From contig JAEELT010000106.1 of NCBI GenBank assembly GCA_016282855.1, positions 4,703-68,702 of the forward strand: a stretch of DNA of 64,000 nucleotides. Direction: 5' to 3'. This DNA is from Clostridiaceae bacterium. GTDB taxonomy: Bacteria > Bacillota > Clostridia > Oscillospirales > Acutalibacteraceae. Positions within the stretch are counted from its first letter, which is position 1. Each line of letters starts with the position of its first letter. A model generated the notes under the pieces. That model was not told where the DNA came from and searched no databases. It saw only the letters and a list, made by a program, of their open reading frames with translations. Below are positions 35,046 to 45,453 of the stretch, piece by piece. The position numbers and the translations under genes are program-made.

Positions 35046-36755
35046 ATGCAGGAAAATTTGCGTGACGTAAGCCCTGTTATAATTCTGCCCGGAATCAACC
35101 ATTCCCCCGTATATCTTTATGATGAAAACGGACGCCCCGTGACGGATGAAAACGGACGCAGAACCGGCGGCACTCTTATGATACCCGACACAAAGGCGTT
35201 CAGGGAGAAGCTGCCCGACCTTGCGCGCGAGCTTGCCCTTAGCGTAGTCAGCCGCAAAAAAGGCAAGGTGTACGAAAAAGCGTATGCCTGCGCCAAGGCG
35301 TTCACGCGGATACAGCACTGCGATGATAACGGCGACTTTGTAAACAACCTCAGGCCCGAAAGGTGGAACTACCCCGTATCCGAAATGGATGATGAGCTTA
35401 AGGCGTGGGCTTACCGTATGGTGCCTATGCAGGCGCTCACGAAGGAGATAGGGGAGGATAAGCTTTTCTTCTTCACCTTCAACCTTGTCGGCGACCCGCT
35501 CGACTCGGCGAGAGAGCTCAGGGATTATATAGCAATGGTGAAGGAATACACCGGAAGTAACAAGGTGTCGTTTCTGCCCGTAAGCCTGGGCGGCACAGTC
35601 CTGACTGCATATATGTCGCTTTTTGACTGTGAGGATATCGACCGCATTGTGAATGTGGTGGCCTGCCTTGACGGCACGGACATAGCCGCTGATATTTTTG
35701 CCCGTGAGTTTGACACCTCGGATATGTTCCTCAGGCACGAGTTTATACCCGCCGTATTCAGAGAGGAAACAGGCAGCCCTCTGCCCGGCTACGGCATTAA
35801 CATACTGCTTCACGCTCTGCCTGAAAGCGCTTTTGCCGCTTTCCTGAGCGGGTTTATGAGCGGATTGCTTGACAGCCTTATGATTAACTGCCCGCAGATA
35901 TGGGCAATGCTTCCCTCATACAGATATGAGGAGCTTGCCGCAAGGTATCTTTCCGACGGCAGGCACGCGCGTCTCAGGGAGCGCACGGATGAATTCCAGC
36001 GCGCGCGTCTGAGCTTAAAGGAAAACCTGCTCAAAGCGAAAAAGCTCGGAGTAAAGATAGATTTTATTTCAGGCTCGGGTCTTGATTTCGGCGATGTGGA
36101 ATACTGCTTCTTCAGCGCCGTAAAATCAAAGAGCAGATATAATACCGACGGTATAATAAATCTTTCATCCTGCACCCTTGGCGCATACGGCGTGCCCGCG
36201 GGCAAGACGCTGCCGGCTGATTATATCAGAGAGAAAACGCAGGCGCTCTCGGGCAGATATATTTCACCCGACAGGCGGGTTGACGCCTCAACGGCTCTCA
36301 TACCCGACAACACCTGGATTTTCCTTGACCAGCATCACGAGGTCGGCAAAAACGACGCTGTGCTCAACCTCGCAAAAAGCATAATCACAGGCGAGGTGGA
36401 CAACATATATTCCGACCCTATGAGATTCCCCCAGTTTAACCGGGGAGCGAACACCTACGCTCTCAGGCGCTGGAAACTGCCGGACGGCAAACAGGCTCTT
36501 GAGGAGATACATTCCGGCTCGGTCAGGACCGCGCCGAGTGTGATTGCGGAGCTTGAGGAGGCGGTCAGCAGGGGCGAAAAAGTGCTTGAAAGCACCATAG
36601 GCAACCCGCGCCTTGCTCAGAAAGCCCTGGCGGATTTAGAGAATATCCTCGTGCGGCTCGGCAGGGTCAGCGCCCCGAAAACTCCCGGATTATTTGAAAA
36701 AGCGCTCGGCAAAGCGGCTCAGTCCGTAAGCAGAGCTTTGATAAGGAGAAAATGA
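35046..36755 (+). CDS. Alpha/beta-hydrolase (LCAT/lipase-like), no obvious signal peptide
   Basis: PVIILPGINHS, KVSFLPVSLGG nucleophile elbow, NTDGII, DQHHE; paralog of the next gene. Confidence 0.7.
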   Translation: MQENLRDVSPVIILPGINHSPVYLYDENGRPVTDENGRRTGGTLMIPDTKAFREKLPDLARELALSVVSRKKGKVYEKAYACAKAFTRIQHCDDNGDFVNNLRPERWNYPVSEMDDELKAWAYRMVPMQALTKEIGEDKLFFFTFNLVGDPLDSARELRDYIAMVKEYTGSNKVSFLPVSLGGTVLTAYMSLFDCEDIDRIVNVVACLDGTDIAADIFAREFDTSDMFLRHEFIPAVFREETGSPLPGYGINILLHALPESAFAAFLSGFMSGLLDSLMINCPQIWAMLPSYRYEELAARYLSDGRHARLRERTDEFQRARLSLKENLLKAKKLGVKIDFISGSGLDFGDVEYCFFSAVKSKSRYNTDGIINLSSCTLGAYGVPAGKTLPADYIREKTQALSGRYISPDRRVDASTALIPDNTWIFLDQHHEVGKNDAVLNLAKSIITGEVDNIYSDPMRFPQFNRGANTYALRRWKLPDGKQALEEIHSGSVRTAPSVIAELEEAVSRGEKVLESTIGNPRLAQKALADLENILVRLGRVSAPKTPGLFEKALGKAAQSVSRALIRRK

Positions 36756-36758
36756 ACC

Positions 36759-38579
36759 ATGAAAAAACTTATTTCCGTTTTTCTTGCACTGTGTACCGTG
36801 CTCAGCATAGCGCTGGTCTGCGCGGGCGCTCAAAGTAGCATCAAAACCACCTGCGGCGGCGAAGGCGTATGCGACAGCGTGCCTACCATTGTTATTCCGG
36901 GCATAGGGCAGAGCCAGGTTTATCTTGTTGATGACGCCGGTAATTTTGTTTACGACAAAGGCGAAAAAATCAACTGCTTCCCCGCCTACTTTAACGTGGG
37001 AAATATTGTGAAAAGAGTAATTGTTCCCGTGCTGATTTCACTTTTCTCCCAGCGTGACGCGGGTCTCTCCAAAGCTCTCTGCAAAGTTGTTGATGATTGC
37101 TTCTATATGAACACCTGCGACAGCGAAGGCAACCCCAGCAAATACGGAAAGCTTGAGGAATTTCCCTACTCCCTTGCCGAGTGCAGCCCCGAAGAGAAGA
37201 AAATCATTTACGGCCATATTCCCCTGCAGGGCTATTCCGAAATAGCGGGCGAGGATCACCTCTATTATTTCGCTTACAATTCATTCGGCAACAATATTCA
37301 GGTTGTTGACCGTCTGTATGAATATATCGAAATGGTCAAGGCCGAAACCGGGCACGATAAGGTCAACATCGCCCCCATAAGTCTCGGCGGTACCGTTGCC
37401 AACGGACTTCTTGAGTATTACAGCGGCAGATACGAAGGCAAGCCCTGTGTTTACGAAAGCCTCAACAAGATAGTCTATATCGTTCCCGCGGTTGACGGCT
37501 CGTCAATAGTGGGCGATGTGATGGGGCTTGACCTTGCCTTCCTTAACCCCGATTATCTTTATAACGGCTTTCTTGAGGGGCTTATGGACGAGAAAACCGC
37601 AAGGATGATTGAGATACTTCTGCGTATTTTCCCGGATGAAATGCTTATGGATGTGCTCAACAAGGTCTGCGAGCATCTTGCCGGCACCGTTATAGCGTAT
37701 TCAACCAATATGTGGGCGCTTGTTCCCTCTGAGAATTACCCCGCCTGCGCCGAAAAATGGCTCAGTTCGCCTGAAATGGCAAATATCAGAAAGCAGACGG
37801 ATTTATACTACACCGCTCAGAAGAACAGGTTTGATAATCTTGCCGCGGCTCAGCGCGCGGGCGCAAAGGCATTCAATATTGTTGACTACGGTGTACCCCT
37901 TTACAATGTAGGCAATTCCTGGAACAAGGAAAACGCTGACGGCGTAATTGACCTTGACTCAACTTCAATGGGCGCTTATGCCGCAAACGTGGGCGAAACT
38001 CTGCCCGAGGGCTACACCCAGGCAAACACAACCTGTACCAATCCCGACCACAATCATATTTCACCCGACAGAGTAGTGGACGCGTCCACCTGCGCTCTGC
38101 CCGACACCACCTTCTTCTTTGCCCATCAGTCGCATGAAGCGACGGCGAGAAACGATATTATTATGGTGCTCGCCACCGAGCTGCTCGCGCACGATAATAT
38201 TGAGGATGTTTATTCCGACCCCGCTTTCCCGCAGTTCAATCAGGGCAGAGACACAAGAGGCTTTAAAAACGATATGCTGCCCCTTGCGAAATCCATTGAT
38301 CAGAGCAAGCTGACGGCCGATGAGGCGGCGCGCCTCAACGCGGCGATAGAAGAGGCTGAAAGAGTGCTCGCAACCACTGCCCCGAAGGAGGGCGAAACCG
38401 AAGAGGCCAAGGCAAATCTCAGGGCTGTTCTTGTGGAGCTCGGCTATATGGAGCCTGAATCAGAGCCGGAAGACCCCGGTATGATGAAGAAGATAAGCCT
38501 CTGGCTCTACGATAAGTTCGGCACAAACGGTTTTTCTGAGTACCCTGTGACGGCAGCGAAGAAAGTTTTCGGAAGATAA
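36759..38579 (+). CDS. Secreted alpha/beta-hydrolase (LCAT/lipase-like)
   Basis: Signal peptide; PTIVIPGIGQS, KVNIAPISLGG, NADGVI, HQSHE. Confidence 0.72.
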   Translation: MKKLISVFLALCTVLSIALVCAGAQSSIKTTCGGEGVCDSVPTIVIPGIGQSQVYLVDDAGNFVYDKGEKINCFPAYFNVGNIVKRVIVPVLISLFSQRDAGLSKALCKVVDDCFYMNTCDSEGNPSKYGKLEEFPYSLAECSPEEKKIIYGHIPLQGYSEIAGEDHLYYFAYNSFGNNIQVVDRLYEYIEMVKAETGHDKVNIAPISLGGTVANGLLEYYSGRYEGKPCVYESLNKIVYIVPAVDGSSIVGDVMGLDLAFLNPDYLYNGFLEGLMDEKTARMIEILLRIFPDEMLMDVLNKVCEHLAGTVIAYSTNMWALVPSENYPACAEKWLSSPEMANIRKQTDLYYTAQKNRFDNLAAAQRAGAKAFNIVDYGVPLYNVGNSWNKENADGVIDLDSTSMGAYAANVGETLPEGYTQANTTCTNPDHNHISPDRVVDASTCALPDTTFFFAHQSHEATARNDIIMVLATELLAHDNIEDVYSDPAFPQFNQGRDTRGFKNDMLPLAKSIDQSKLTADEAARLNAAIEEAERVLATTAPKEGETEEAKANLRAVLVELGYMEPESEPEDPGMMKKISLWLYDKFGTNGFSEYPVTAAKKVFGR

Positions 38580-38585
38580 ATAAAA

Positions 38586-38618
38586 AAACGGTCTGCAGAA
38601 ACAAACTGCAGACCGTTT
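38586..38618. terminator. Bidirectional terminator
   Basis: AAACGGTCTGCAG...CTGCAGACCGTTT between convergent genes. Confidence 0.85.
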
Positions 38619-38624
38619 ATCATT

Positions 38625-39566
38625 TCAGTCAATCTTCACTTCAAAGTATGCGCCGGGCAGGTTGCTGTCAACATATTTACCGTCGCCGAACACTCTCGCT
38701 CTTACCGTGACTTTATCGTCATAAACGCTCAGAATGTATCCCTGGCCGTTTCTGTCAAAGCTTCCGTGGTTAAGCACTCCTACGGTAGGCAGTGAGAGCG
38801 CCTTGTAAGCGCCGTAATCCTCAAAGTTGTATTTGCTCACGCCGTAATGAAGATGGCCGGTAATAAACCAGATGTTTTTGTATCTCTCAAACGTTTCTTT
38901 TATTGCGTCGCTCTGTTTTCCGACTGAGCCCCGCCAGTCGCCTCTGCCAAGCCAGGTTACGGGCAGACCGTTTGTGCGGTCAAGCGTCTGGTGGTTAAGC
39001 ACAAAAACGGGCCTGCCTCCGCAGGATGCGAGCTCCCTGTCGAGCCAGTCAAGCTGGGCGTTGCTTATATGCGAGCTTTCAAAAGCGGTGCTGTCCGAGC
39101 CCATCATAATAAACTTGTATGAATTGATTTCGGTTGAGAAATAGTAATGCTCATTTGTGCCGGCTATACCGCCGTTTACGCTTTTTATAAACCGGTTGAA
39201 TCTTTCAAGCTGAGGTCTGTAGCTCCTCGCTCTTATGTCGTGATTGCCCGAAACGGCGAGGAAATTTGAAAACTTATCGCCGGCGCCTCTGATTATTTCC
39301 GCCGCCATCATCAGCTCGGCCTGCTTACCGAATTCGCATATATCCCCCAGAAGCATAAGCACATCCGCCTTGCCCTGCATATTTTCAAGGTCACGGCAGG
39401 CTGATGAGAGGCGCGCACTCCTGAGCGGTGAAACAAACGAAATCTGCGGGTCGCCCCAGGCAATTATGCTGAGGTTTGCGTTTTCATCGATAATAATCGG
39501 GTCGTCTTTTGCGGGCTGCGGTATGCCTACCGCTTCCAAAGCGGTTCTCATTTTGTCAATCAGCAT
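38625..39566 (-). CDS. Calcineurin-like metallophosphoesterase
   Basis: GDPQ, LLGD, GNHD, VLNHQ, TGHLH motifs; start position uncertain. Confidence 0.85.
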   Translation of the reverse strand: MLIDKMRTALEAVGIPQPAKDDPIIIDENANLSIIAWGDPQISFVSPLRSARLSSACRDLENMQGKADVLMLLGDICEFGKQAELMMAAEIIRGAGDKFSNFLAVSGNHDIRARSYRPQLERFNRFIKSVNGGIAGTNEHYYFSTEINSYKFIMMGSDSTAFESSHISNAQLDWLDRELASCGGRPVFVLNHQTLDRTNGLPVTWLGRGDWRGSVGKQSDAIKETFERYKNIWFITGHLHYGVSKYNFEDYGAYKALSLPTVGVLNHGSFDRNGQGYILSVYDDKVTVRARVFGDGKYVDSNLPGAYFEVKID

Positions 39567-39741
39567 TTTATGCACCTGCCTGTTCAGAATAAAAAGCAAA
39601 AACAGCGGAAACTTATTATGTGCATTTTAACACTGTAAGCCGCCTGCGTCAACGCCGTAAATAAAAAAACACAGTTAAGTATGCGCATAAAAAAACAGGC
39701 CTGCGTTATTACACAGACCCGGTTTTTTTTGCAGTCAGGAA

Positions 39742-40434
39742 TTAAAAGAATATGCCTTTGATTTCGTCAAAGCCTACTCCTTCAAAATCTCCTGCGTCAA
39801 AGCCTTTTACGGTGTCAACAATTGCGCCGCCGAGACCCTTGAGAGTGTCAAGGTCAAGTCCGCCGAACAGAGCCTTGAGAGCGTTGAGAATTTCTCCCCA
39901 CTCAATACCGCCGAACAGATCCTTGATCTTGTCAACGATAAGTCTCAGGTAACCTAAGGTGCTGTACTGATCGGAATAGGGGCACATTGCGATGTGCTTC
40001 TCGTACTCTGCCTTGATTGTGAATACGCAGGGGCAACCGTCGTCCTTATAGAATTTACCGCTGTAGCAGCATCTCTTGACGTGATCGGTTTCATTCACAT
40101 AGTAGGCGTAGTGTTCGTTGAGAGCCTTCTCGTTTTTGAGTGTTTTACCGCAGTAATAACATTCGTTTTCTTTGGACTCTACTTTGTAGCTCTTGTAAGC
40201 CTCGCACTCATCCAGATGGGCGGCATAAGCTTCGGAAGTGCCGATTACCTTATCGCAATAGGGGCAGATAACGTAAGAAACATTCTCAAGCTTGATAACC
40301 TCCGGAATAATGATTGTGGTGTCTGAGCTACTCTCTGCTGAAGCTTCAGCTGAAGCATCGGCTGCGTATGACATAATCGAAACGCAGGAGAATGCGAACA
40401 GCATCGCAAACAGCACACACAGGGTTTTCTTCAT
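39742..40434 (-). CDS. Secreted hypothetical protein with three zinc-finger-like motifs and an amphipathic C-terminus
   Basis: Signal peptide; CPYC-x12-H-x3-C, CYYC-x12-H, GC-x12-H-x3-CPY; has its own promoter. Confidence 0.8.
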   Translation of the reverse strand: MKKTLCVLFAMLFAFSCVSIMSYAADASAEASAESSSDTTIIIPEVIKLENVSYVICPYCDKVIGTSEAYAAHLDECEAYKSYKVESKENECYYCGKTLKNEKALNEHYAYYVNETDHVKRCCYSGKFYKDDGCPCVFTIKAEYEKHIAMCPYSDQYSTLGYLRLIVDKIKDLFGGIEWGEILNALKALFGGLDLDTLKGLGGAIVDTVKGFDAGDFEGVGFDEIKGIFF

Positions 40435-40490
40435 TTTTTACCAATCATCCTTCACAATAGATTTGGGGCATAAAATGCCCTATCGTTGGT

Positions 40491-40519
40491 ATTTTACCAC
40501 TACATATTGTGTATGTCAA
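40491..40519 (-). promoter_or_regulatory. Sigma-A promoter of the zinc-finger protein gene
   Basis: Minus strand TTGACA-17 nt-TAAAAT with TGn. Confidence 0.75.
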
Positions 40520-40618
40520 CTGCCATGCGAACGATTTATGAAAAATAAATAAAAATAATTTTTTTCGTGCAGGATTTTTTAAAAAATCCGGGTATTATAT
40601 ATTTGAGGGGGTGCAGAT

Positions 40619-41626
40619 ATGCCCTGTATAAGAGAAAAACTATATGAAACCGAGCGCGCGGTTCTTGCCCCCGGCGCTGCCCTGGCGTGCCAATCAAAAG
40701 GGCGGGCGGTGCCCGAAGAGGAGAGCCCGATAAGGACCGAGTTTCAGCGCGACAGAGACAGAATAATCCACTGCTCCTCATTCAGGCGGCTCAAGCACAA
40801 GACCCAGGTTTTCCTCTCTCCCGAGGGCGACCATTACCGCACACGCCTTACCCACACGCTTGAAGTGTCGCAAATTGCCCGCACCATCGCCTGCGCTCTG
40901 CGCCTCAACGAAGACCTTACCGAGGCGATTGCTCTGGGCCACGATATAGGCCACACGCCTTTCGGGCACGCGGGCGAAAGAGCTCTCAACTCCGCCTGTC
41001 CCCTCGGCTTCAGGCATTTTACGCAGAGCTTAAGGGTTGTGGATAAGCTTGAGAAAGACGGAGAGGGGCTTAATCTTACCTATGAAGTCAGAAACGGCAT
41101 AGAGCGGCACACCCGCGGCGAGGACGCCGAAACGCTTGAGGGCAGAATAGTCCGCCTTGCCGACAAAATCGCGTATATAAATCACGATATAGATGACGCT
41201 GCCACGGCGGGCATTATGAGCGAGAGCGACATACCCGTTGAAATCAGGGATGTGCTCGGCTACAAAAAGAGCGAGAGGATAAACACCCTCGTTATGAACT
41301 GCATAGAAAACAGCTCCGATGACATACGCCTGTCTCCCGATATAGAGATGGTGTTTGATATGCTGCACAGATTTATGTTTGACATGGTATATACAAACCC
41401 CGCCTGCAAAAGCGAGGAGTCAAAAGCGGAGCTTATGATTAAAACGCTGTATGAGCAGTTTTCGAAATTCCCGGAAAAGATGCCGGCTCAGTATATAAAA
41501 ATCGCGCGCACGGAGTGCCCCGAAATTGCCGCCTGCGACTATGTGGCGGGCATGACGGACGGCTACGCGGTTAAAATATTCAACGATTTATTCATTCCCA
41601 AATCATGGAGTTACTTCAATGACTGA
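40619..41626 (+). CDS. dgt: Deoxyguanosinetriphosphate triphosphohydrolase (HD domain)
   Basis: FQRDRDRIIH, RRLKHKTQVF, RTRLTHTLEV, GHDIGHTPFGHAGE, DYVAGMTD. Confidence 0.94.
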   Translation: MPCIREKLYETERAVLAPGAALACQSKGRAVPEEESPIRTEFQRDRDRIIHCSSFRRLKHKTQVFLSPEGDHYRTRLTHTLEVSQIARTIACALRLNEDLTEAIALGHDIGHTPFGHAGERALNSACPLGFRHFTQSLRVVDKLEKDGEGLNLTYEVRNGIERHTRGEDAETLEGRIVRLADKIAYINHDIDDAATAGIMSESDIPVEIRDVLGYKKSERINTLVMNCIENSSDDIRLSPDIEMVFDMLHRFMFDMVYTNPACKSEESKAELMIKTLYEQFSKFPEKMPAQYIKIARTECPEIAACDYVAGMTDGYAVKIFNDLFIPKSWSYFND

Positions 41627-42353
41627 AATCAGATTAAAAAACAGAATACTTTCATTTGCCGCAATCCTTATAACCTTTGTAATGTGTTTTACGGTAATGT
41701 ACACTGTCGCCGGAGCCGATGAAGACAGCACCGCATCCTCTTCGTCCGAGGCATCTTCCGATGAAACAGACGAAACCGAGGAGGATACCGGCGAAACGGA
41801 GTCTCAGAGCGAGACTGAAACGGAAAGCGTCACCTCCACGGCCAAAGGCGGCTCGCAGAGAACCACCTGGACCAACCGTTACAGGACCACCACCGGAAAA
41901 GGCGGAGAAAGCACACAGAGCACGTCCGTTGATGACACCGATGACACCGCGACCTCCGGCTCGGATATTTCATCAACCAGCAGAAGCAGCCTCACGGGCG
42001 TTCCGCACGAGTTTAACCGCACCACATACCGAGGCAGTGCCGACACCGTAGCGAGCGGCTCATACACCACTGTCAATACCGGGCTGCCTACAATCACGCA
42101 GGAAACCTATGAAGCGGGCAATGTGAGCGATTTCAGCGGCTTTTCATTTGATTTCACTACGATTGAGGTAACGGAGTCATCCTCAGCTCAGGAGGAGACG
42201 GAAAGCGCGCAGAGCAGCCCCGTTTTCAAGCGTCTTGCCGTTGGCTTCGGCGCTTTGGCGCTCCTGCTTGCGCTGGGCGGCGCGGGCTTTGCCGTATGGT
42301 ACAAAAAAGAAGAGAAATTAAAAGAAGAGCAGCAGGATTTATATAAGTTTTAA
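41619..42353 (+). CDS. Hypothetical Ser/Thr/acidic-rich exported protein with C-terminal TM helix
   Basis: N-terminal signal, low-complexity middle, then LAVGFGALALLLALGGAGFAVWYKK. Confidence 0.75.
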   Translation: MTEIRLKNRILSFAAILITFVMCFTVMYTVAGADEDSTASSSSEASSDETDETEEDTGETESQSETETESVTSTAKGGSQRTTWTNRYRTTTGKGGESTQSTSVDDTDDTATSGSDISSTSRSSLTGVPHEFNRTTYRGSADTVASGSYTTVNTGLPTITQETYEAGNVSDFSGFSFDFTTIEVTESSSAQEETESAQSSPVFKRLAVGFGALALLLALGGAGFAVWYKKEEKLKEEQQDLYKF

Positions 42354-42370
42354 GAGAGAGAGCGTAGTTA

Positions 42371-44131
42371 ATGGCGATAAGCAGAGAGTTTATTCAGGAT
42401 ATACACGACCGGCTTGACATAGCGGATGTGATTTCATCCTATGTCAGCCTCAAGCCTGCGGGCAGACGGTTTAAGGGGCTGTGTCCTTTTCACGGTGAAA
42501 AAACGCCGTCCTTTACGGTTTACCCGGAGACCAATTCTTTTTATTGCTTCGGCTGCGGAGCGGCGGGCGATGTTATCGGGTTTATCCAGCGCATAGAAAA
42601 CCTCGACCGCATAGAGGCGATAAAAGCCTGCGCGGACAGGGCCGGGCTCTCGATGCCTGAAGAAGGGTATGACGATTCGCTCACAAAGCGGCGTCTGCGC
42701 ATTCTTTCCGCCAACAGAGAGGCGGCAAGGTTTTTCAACGCTCAGCTGCGCGAAGAGAAAAACAGACACGCTCTTGAGTATTATCTTAACAGAGGACTTA
42801 CCCCCGCTACAATAACTCATTTCGGCCTTGGCTACGCACCCGATGACTGGCACGCCCTTACAAATCATCTCAAATCAATGGGCTATACCGAAAATGAGCT
42901 TATTCTGGCCAATCTTTCCCGGCGCAGCGACGGCAAGGCCGGCTGCTACGATATATTCCGCAACAGGATGATGTTTCCCATAATTGATGTGCGCGGCAAT
43001 GTTGTAGCTTTCAGCGGGCGAAGATATAACGAGCAGGACAAGCAGAAATACGTCAACACCTCCGACACGCCCGTTTTCAAAAAGGGCAACACGATATTCG
43101 GGCTTAACTTTGCCAAGAATTCCTCCGACTCAAGGCTGATAATAGTTGAGGGGCAGATGGATGTTATAGCGCTCCATCAGGCGGGGTTTACAAACACTGT
43201 TGCCTGCCTCGGGACCGCTCTTACAACGGAGCAGGCAAACATTCTTGCCCGGTATGCCGAGGAGCTTCTTATCTGCTATGATAACGATGAGGCGGGCAGG
43301 AAGGCCACCGCGAGAGCTCTCGAGATTCTCGAAAATACGGGACTCAAGCTTAAAGTAATCAATATGGAGGGCGGCAAGGACCCGGATGAAATTATAAAAA
43401 CTCACGGCAAAGAGAGATTCAATGACCTCATAAAGGGCGCCGCCAACCGGACCGAATACCGTCTGAATACCGAAATGAGCAAATATAATGTTCTTACGGA
43501 CGACGGCAAGCTGAAATTTCTGACCGCCGCGGCCGAGGTGCTCGCGGACAGCTCCCCGATGGAAGCGGAAATTTACACTCTGCGCCTTGCGAATGAATTC
43601 GGCATAAACAAGGATTCTCTTTCAGCCCAGATTGAAAATGCCAAAAAGAATCTGAAACGTAAAAAGGCATCCGAAAGGATGAAAGAGGACAGAGCGATGC
43701 TCGCAAACAGCTTTTCCGATAAAAGCAACCCCGAGAGAGCCAAGAATATCAGGGCAGCGAGCGCTGAAGAGGTGCTCATTGCTTCTTTAATGCGAAATCC
43801 TGATTTTTATCAGAAACTCAGAGACCGATTTTCCCCGGATGATTTTGTAACTCAGTTCAACAGGCGGATAATAACGCATCTGATTGAGCTCATTGAGGGC
43901 GGCTACTCCACGGATGTAGGCATGTTCAGCGAGGTGTTTTCATCCGAGGAACTCGGCAGCATCCAGCGCATTTCATTCAGAGGCGATGAGACGGCCAACA
44001 CGCTCAAAGAGTGTGAGGACTGCATAAAGGTCATAAAAGAAGAGAAAGCCGCGCTGAGCAACCCGCTCGCGCAGGGCGGAGAAATCACCGACGAGCAGTT
44101 TGCGGATTTCTTTCGGAATAAACAACAATAA
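42371..44131 (+). CDS. dnaG: DNA primase
   Basis: CPFHGEKTPSF..FYCFGC zinc finger, FRNRMMFPI, KYVNT, EGQMD, CYDNDEAG, KDPDE. Confidence 0.97.
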   Translation: MAISREFIQDIHDRLDIADVISSYVSLKPAGRRFKGLCPFHGEKTPSFTVYPETNSFYCFGCGAAGDVIGFIQRIENLDRIEAIKACADRAGLSMPEEGYDDSLTKRRLRILSANREAARFFNAQLREEKNRHALEYYLNRGLTPATITHFGLGYAPDDWHALTNHLKSMGYTENELILANLSRRSDGKAGCYDIFRNRMMFPIIDVRGNVVAFSGRRYNEQDKQKYVNTSDTPVFKKGNTIFGLNFAKNSSDSRLIIVEGQMDVIALHQAGFTNTVACLGTALTTEQANILARYAEELLICYDNDEAGRKATARALEILENTGLKLKVINMEGGKDPDEIIKTHGKERFNDLIKGAANRTEYRLNTEMSKYNVLTDDGKLKFLTAAAEVLADSSPMEAEIYTLRLANEFGINKDSLSAQIENAKKNLKRKKASERMKEDRAMLANSFSDKSNPERAKNIRAASAEEVLIASLMRNPDFYQKLRDRFSPDDFVTQFNRRIITHLIELIEGGYSTDVGMFSEVFSSEELGSIQRISFRGDETANTLKECEDCIKVIKEEKAALSNPLAQGGEITDEQFADFFRNKQQ

Positions 44132-44184
44132 TATAGAAATAAATAAATAATAATAAATATTATACAGTAATAAGGGAGAATAAT

Positions 44185-45270
44185 ATGGATAACTTTGAAA
44201 AGAAATCACCGTTCAAGGCGCTTATCGAAAAGGGCAGAGCAACGGGAACCCTGACAGCCCAGGACATTGACACCGCGATTCTCGAGATGAATATTGAGGT
44301 TGAAGCCATCGACAAGCTTTATGAAACTCTCGAAGCGGAAAATATCAAGGTCGTGGATGATATGGTCAGCGGTGACCTTGAGGACTTTGATCTGGATATT
44401 CCCAAGACGGCGGAAATCGGCGCGATAGATGACGGCAACTCAAATATCGATGACCCGGTTAAGGTTTATCTCAAGGAGATAGGCAAAGTGCCCCTTCTTT
44501 CTCCCGAGGAAGAAATCGAGCTTGCCATACGTATAGCCGATGAGGACGAGCAGGCAAAGAAGCGCCTTGCCGAGGCTAACCTTCGCCTTGTGGTAAGCAT
44601 AGCCAAGAGATATGTCGGCAGGGGAATGCATTTCCTTGACCTTATTCAGGAGGGCAACCTCGGTCTGATAAAAGCGGTTGACAAATTTGATTACACAAAG
44701 GGCTTCAAGTTTTCGACCTATGCCACATGGTGGATAAGGCAGGCAATCACCAGGGCGATTGCCGACCAGGCGAGGACCATAAGAATACCCGTGCATATGG
44801 TTGAGACCATCAACAAGCTCAAAAAGACAAGCAGCCAGCTTCTGCACAAAAACGGCAGAGAGGCTACCGCGGAGGAAATCGCAGAGGCGCTCAATATGCC
44901 GCCCGAAAAGGTGCGCGATATAATGAGAGTTGCGCAGGAGCCGGTTTCGCTCGAAACGCCCATAGGCGAGGAAGAAGACAGTCACCTGGGCGACTTTATT
45001 CCCGATGATGACGCTCCCGCCCCGGCTGACGCCGCTTCAATGATGCTTCTCAAGGAGCAGCTCAACGAAGTGCTTGCCACCCTTACCCCCAGAGAGGCGC
45101 AGGTGCTCAAGCTCCGCTTCGGTCTTGAGGGAGGCCACCCGCACACTCTTGAGGAAGTGGGCGCGGAATTCAATGTTACCCGTGAGCGCATACGTCAGAT
45201 AGAGGCGAAGGCTCTCAGAAAGCTCCGTCATCCGAGCAGAAGCAAAAAACTGAAAGATTATCTTGAATAA
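44185..45270 (+). CDS. rpoD: RNA polymerase primary sigma factor
   Basis: [82 protein letters not shown]. Confidence 0.98.
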   Translation: MDNFEKKSPFKALIEKGRATGTLTAQDIDTAILEMNIEVEAIDKLYETLEAENIKVVDDMVSGDLEDFDLDIPKTAEIGAIDDGNSNIDDPVKVYLKEIGKVPLLSPEEEIELAIRIADEDEQAKKRLAEANLRLVVSIAKRYVGRGMHFLDLIQEGNLGLIKAVDKFDYTKGFKFSTYATWWIRQAITRAIADQARTIRIPVHMVETINKLKKTSSQLLHKNGREATAEEIAEALNMPPEKVRDIMRVAQEPVSLETPIGEEEDSHLGDFIPDDDAPAPADAASMMLLKEQLNEVLATLTPREAQVLKLRFGLEGGHPHTLEEVGAEFNVTRERIRQIEAKALRKLRHPSRSKKLKDYLE

Positions 45271-45376
45271 TCGGTATTTGTATGATATAATCAGCAATCG
45301 TGGGTGTTATTTGTCACAAAAAACGCGAAAAGATTACAATTTGTAATATTTTTGTCATTTTTTTAACAAAAAAGTA

Positions 45377-45405
45377 TTGACAAGCGGGTTTTAAAGTGCT
45401 AATAT
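45377..45405 (+). promoter_or_regulatory. Sigma-A promoter (extended -10)
   Basis: TTGACA-17 nt-TAATAT with TGn. Confidence 0.75.
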
Positions 45406-45453
45406 AATGCCACAATCGATAAACACGTAAACAAGAAAGGAATTGATGTAATT

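Noticed and set aside
34965-35813. 282-aa minus-strand ORF
   Set aside because: Antisense to the first LCAT-like gene; no independent evidence.
44130-44184. AT-rich AATA repeats between dnaG and rpoD
   Set aside because: Short low-complexity spacer, not a CRISPR array or structured repeat.
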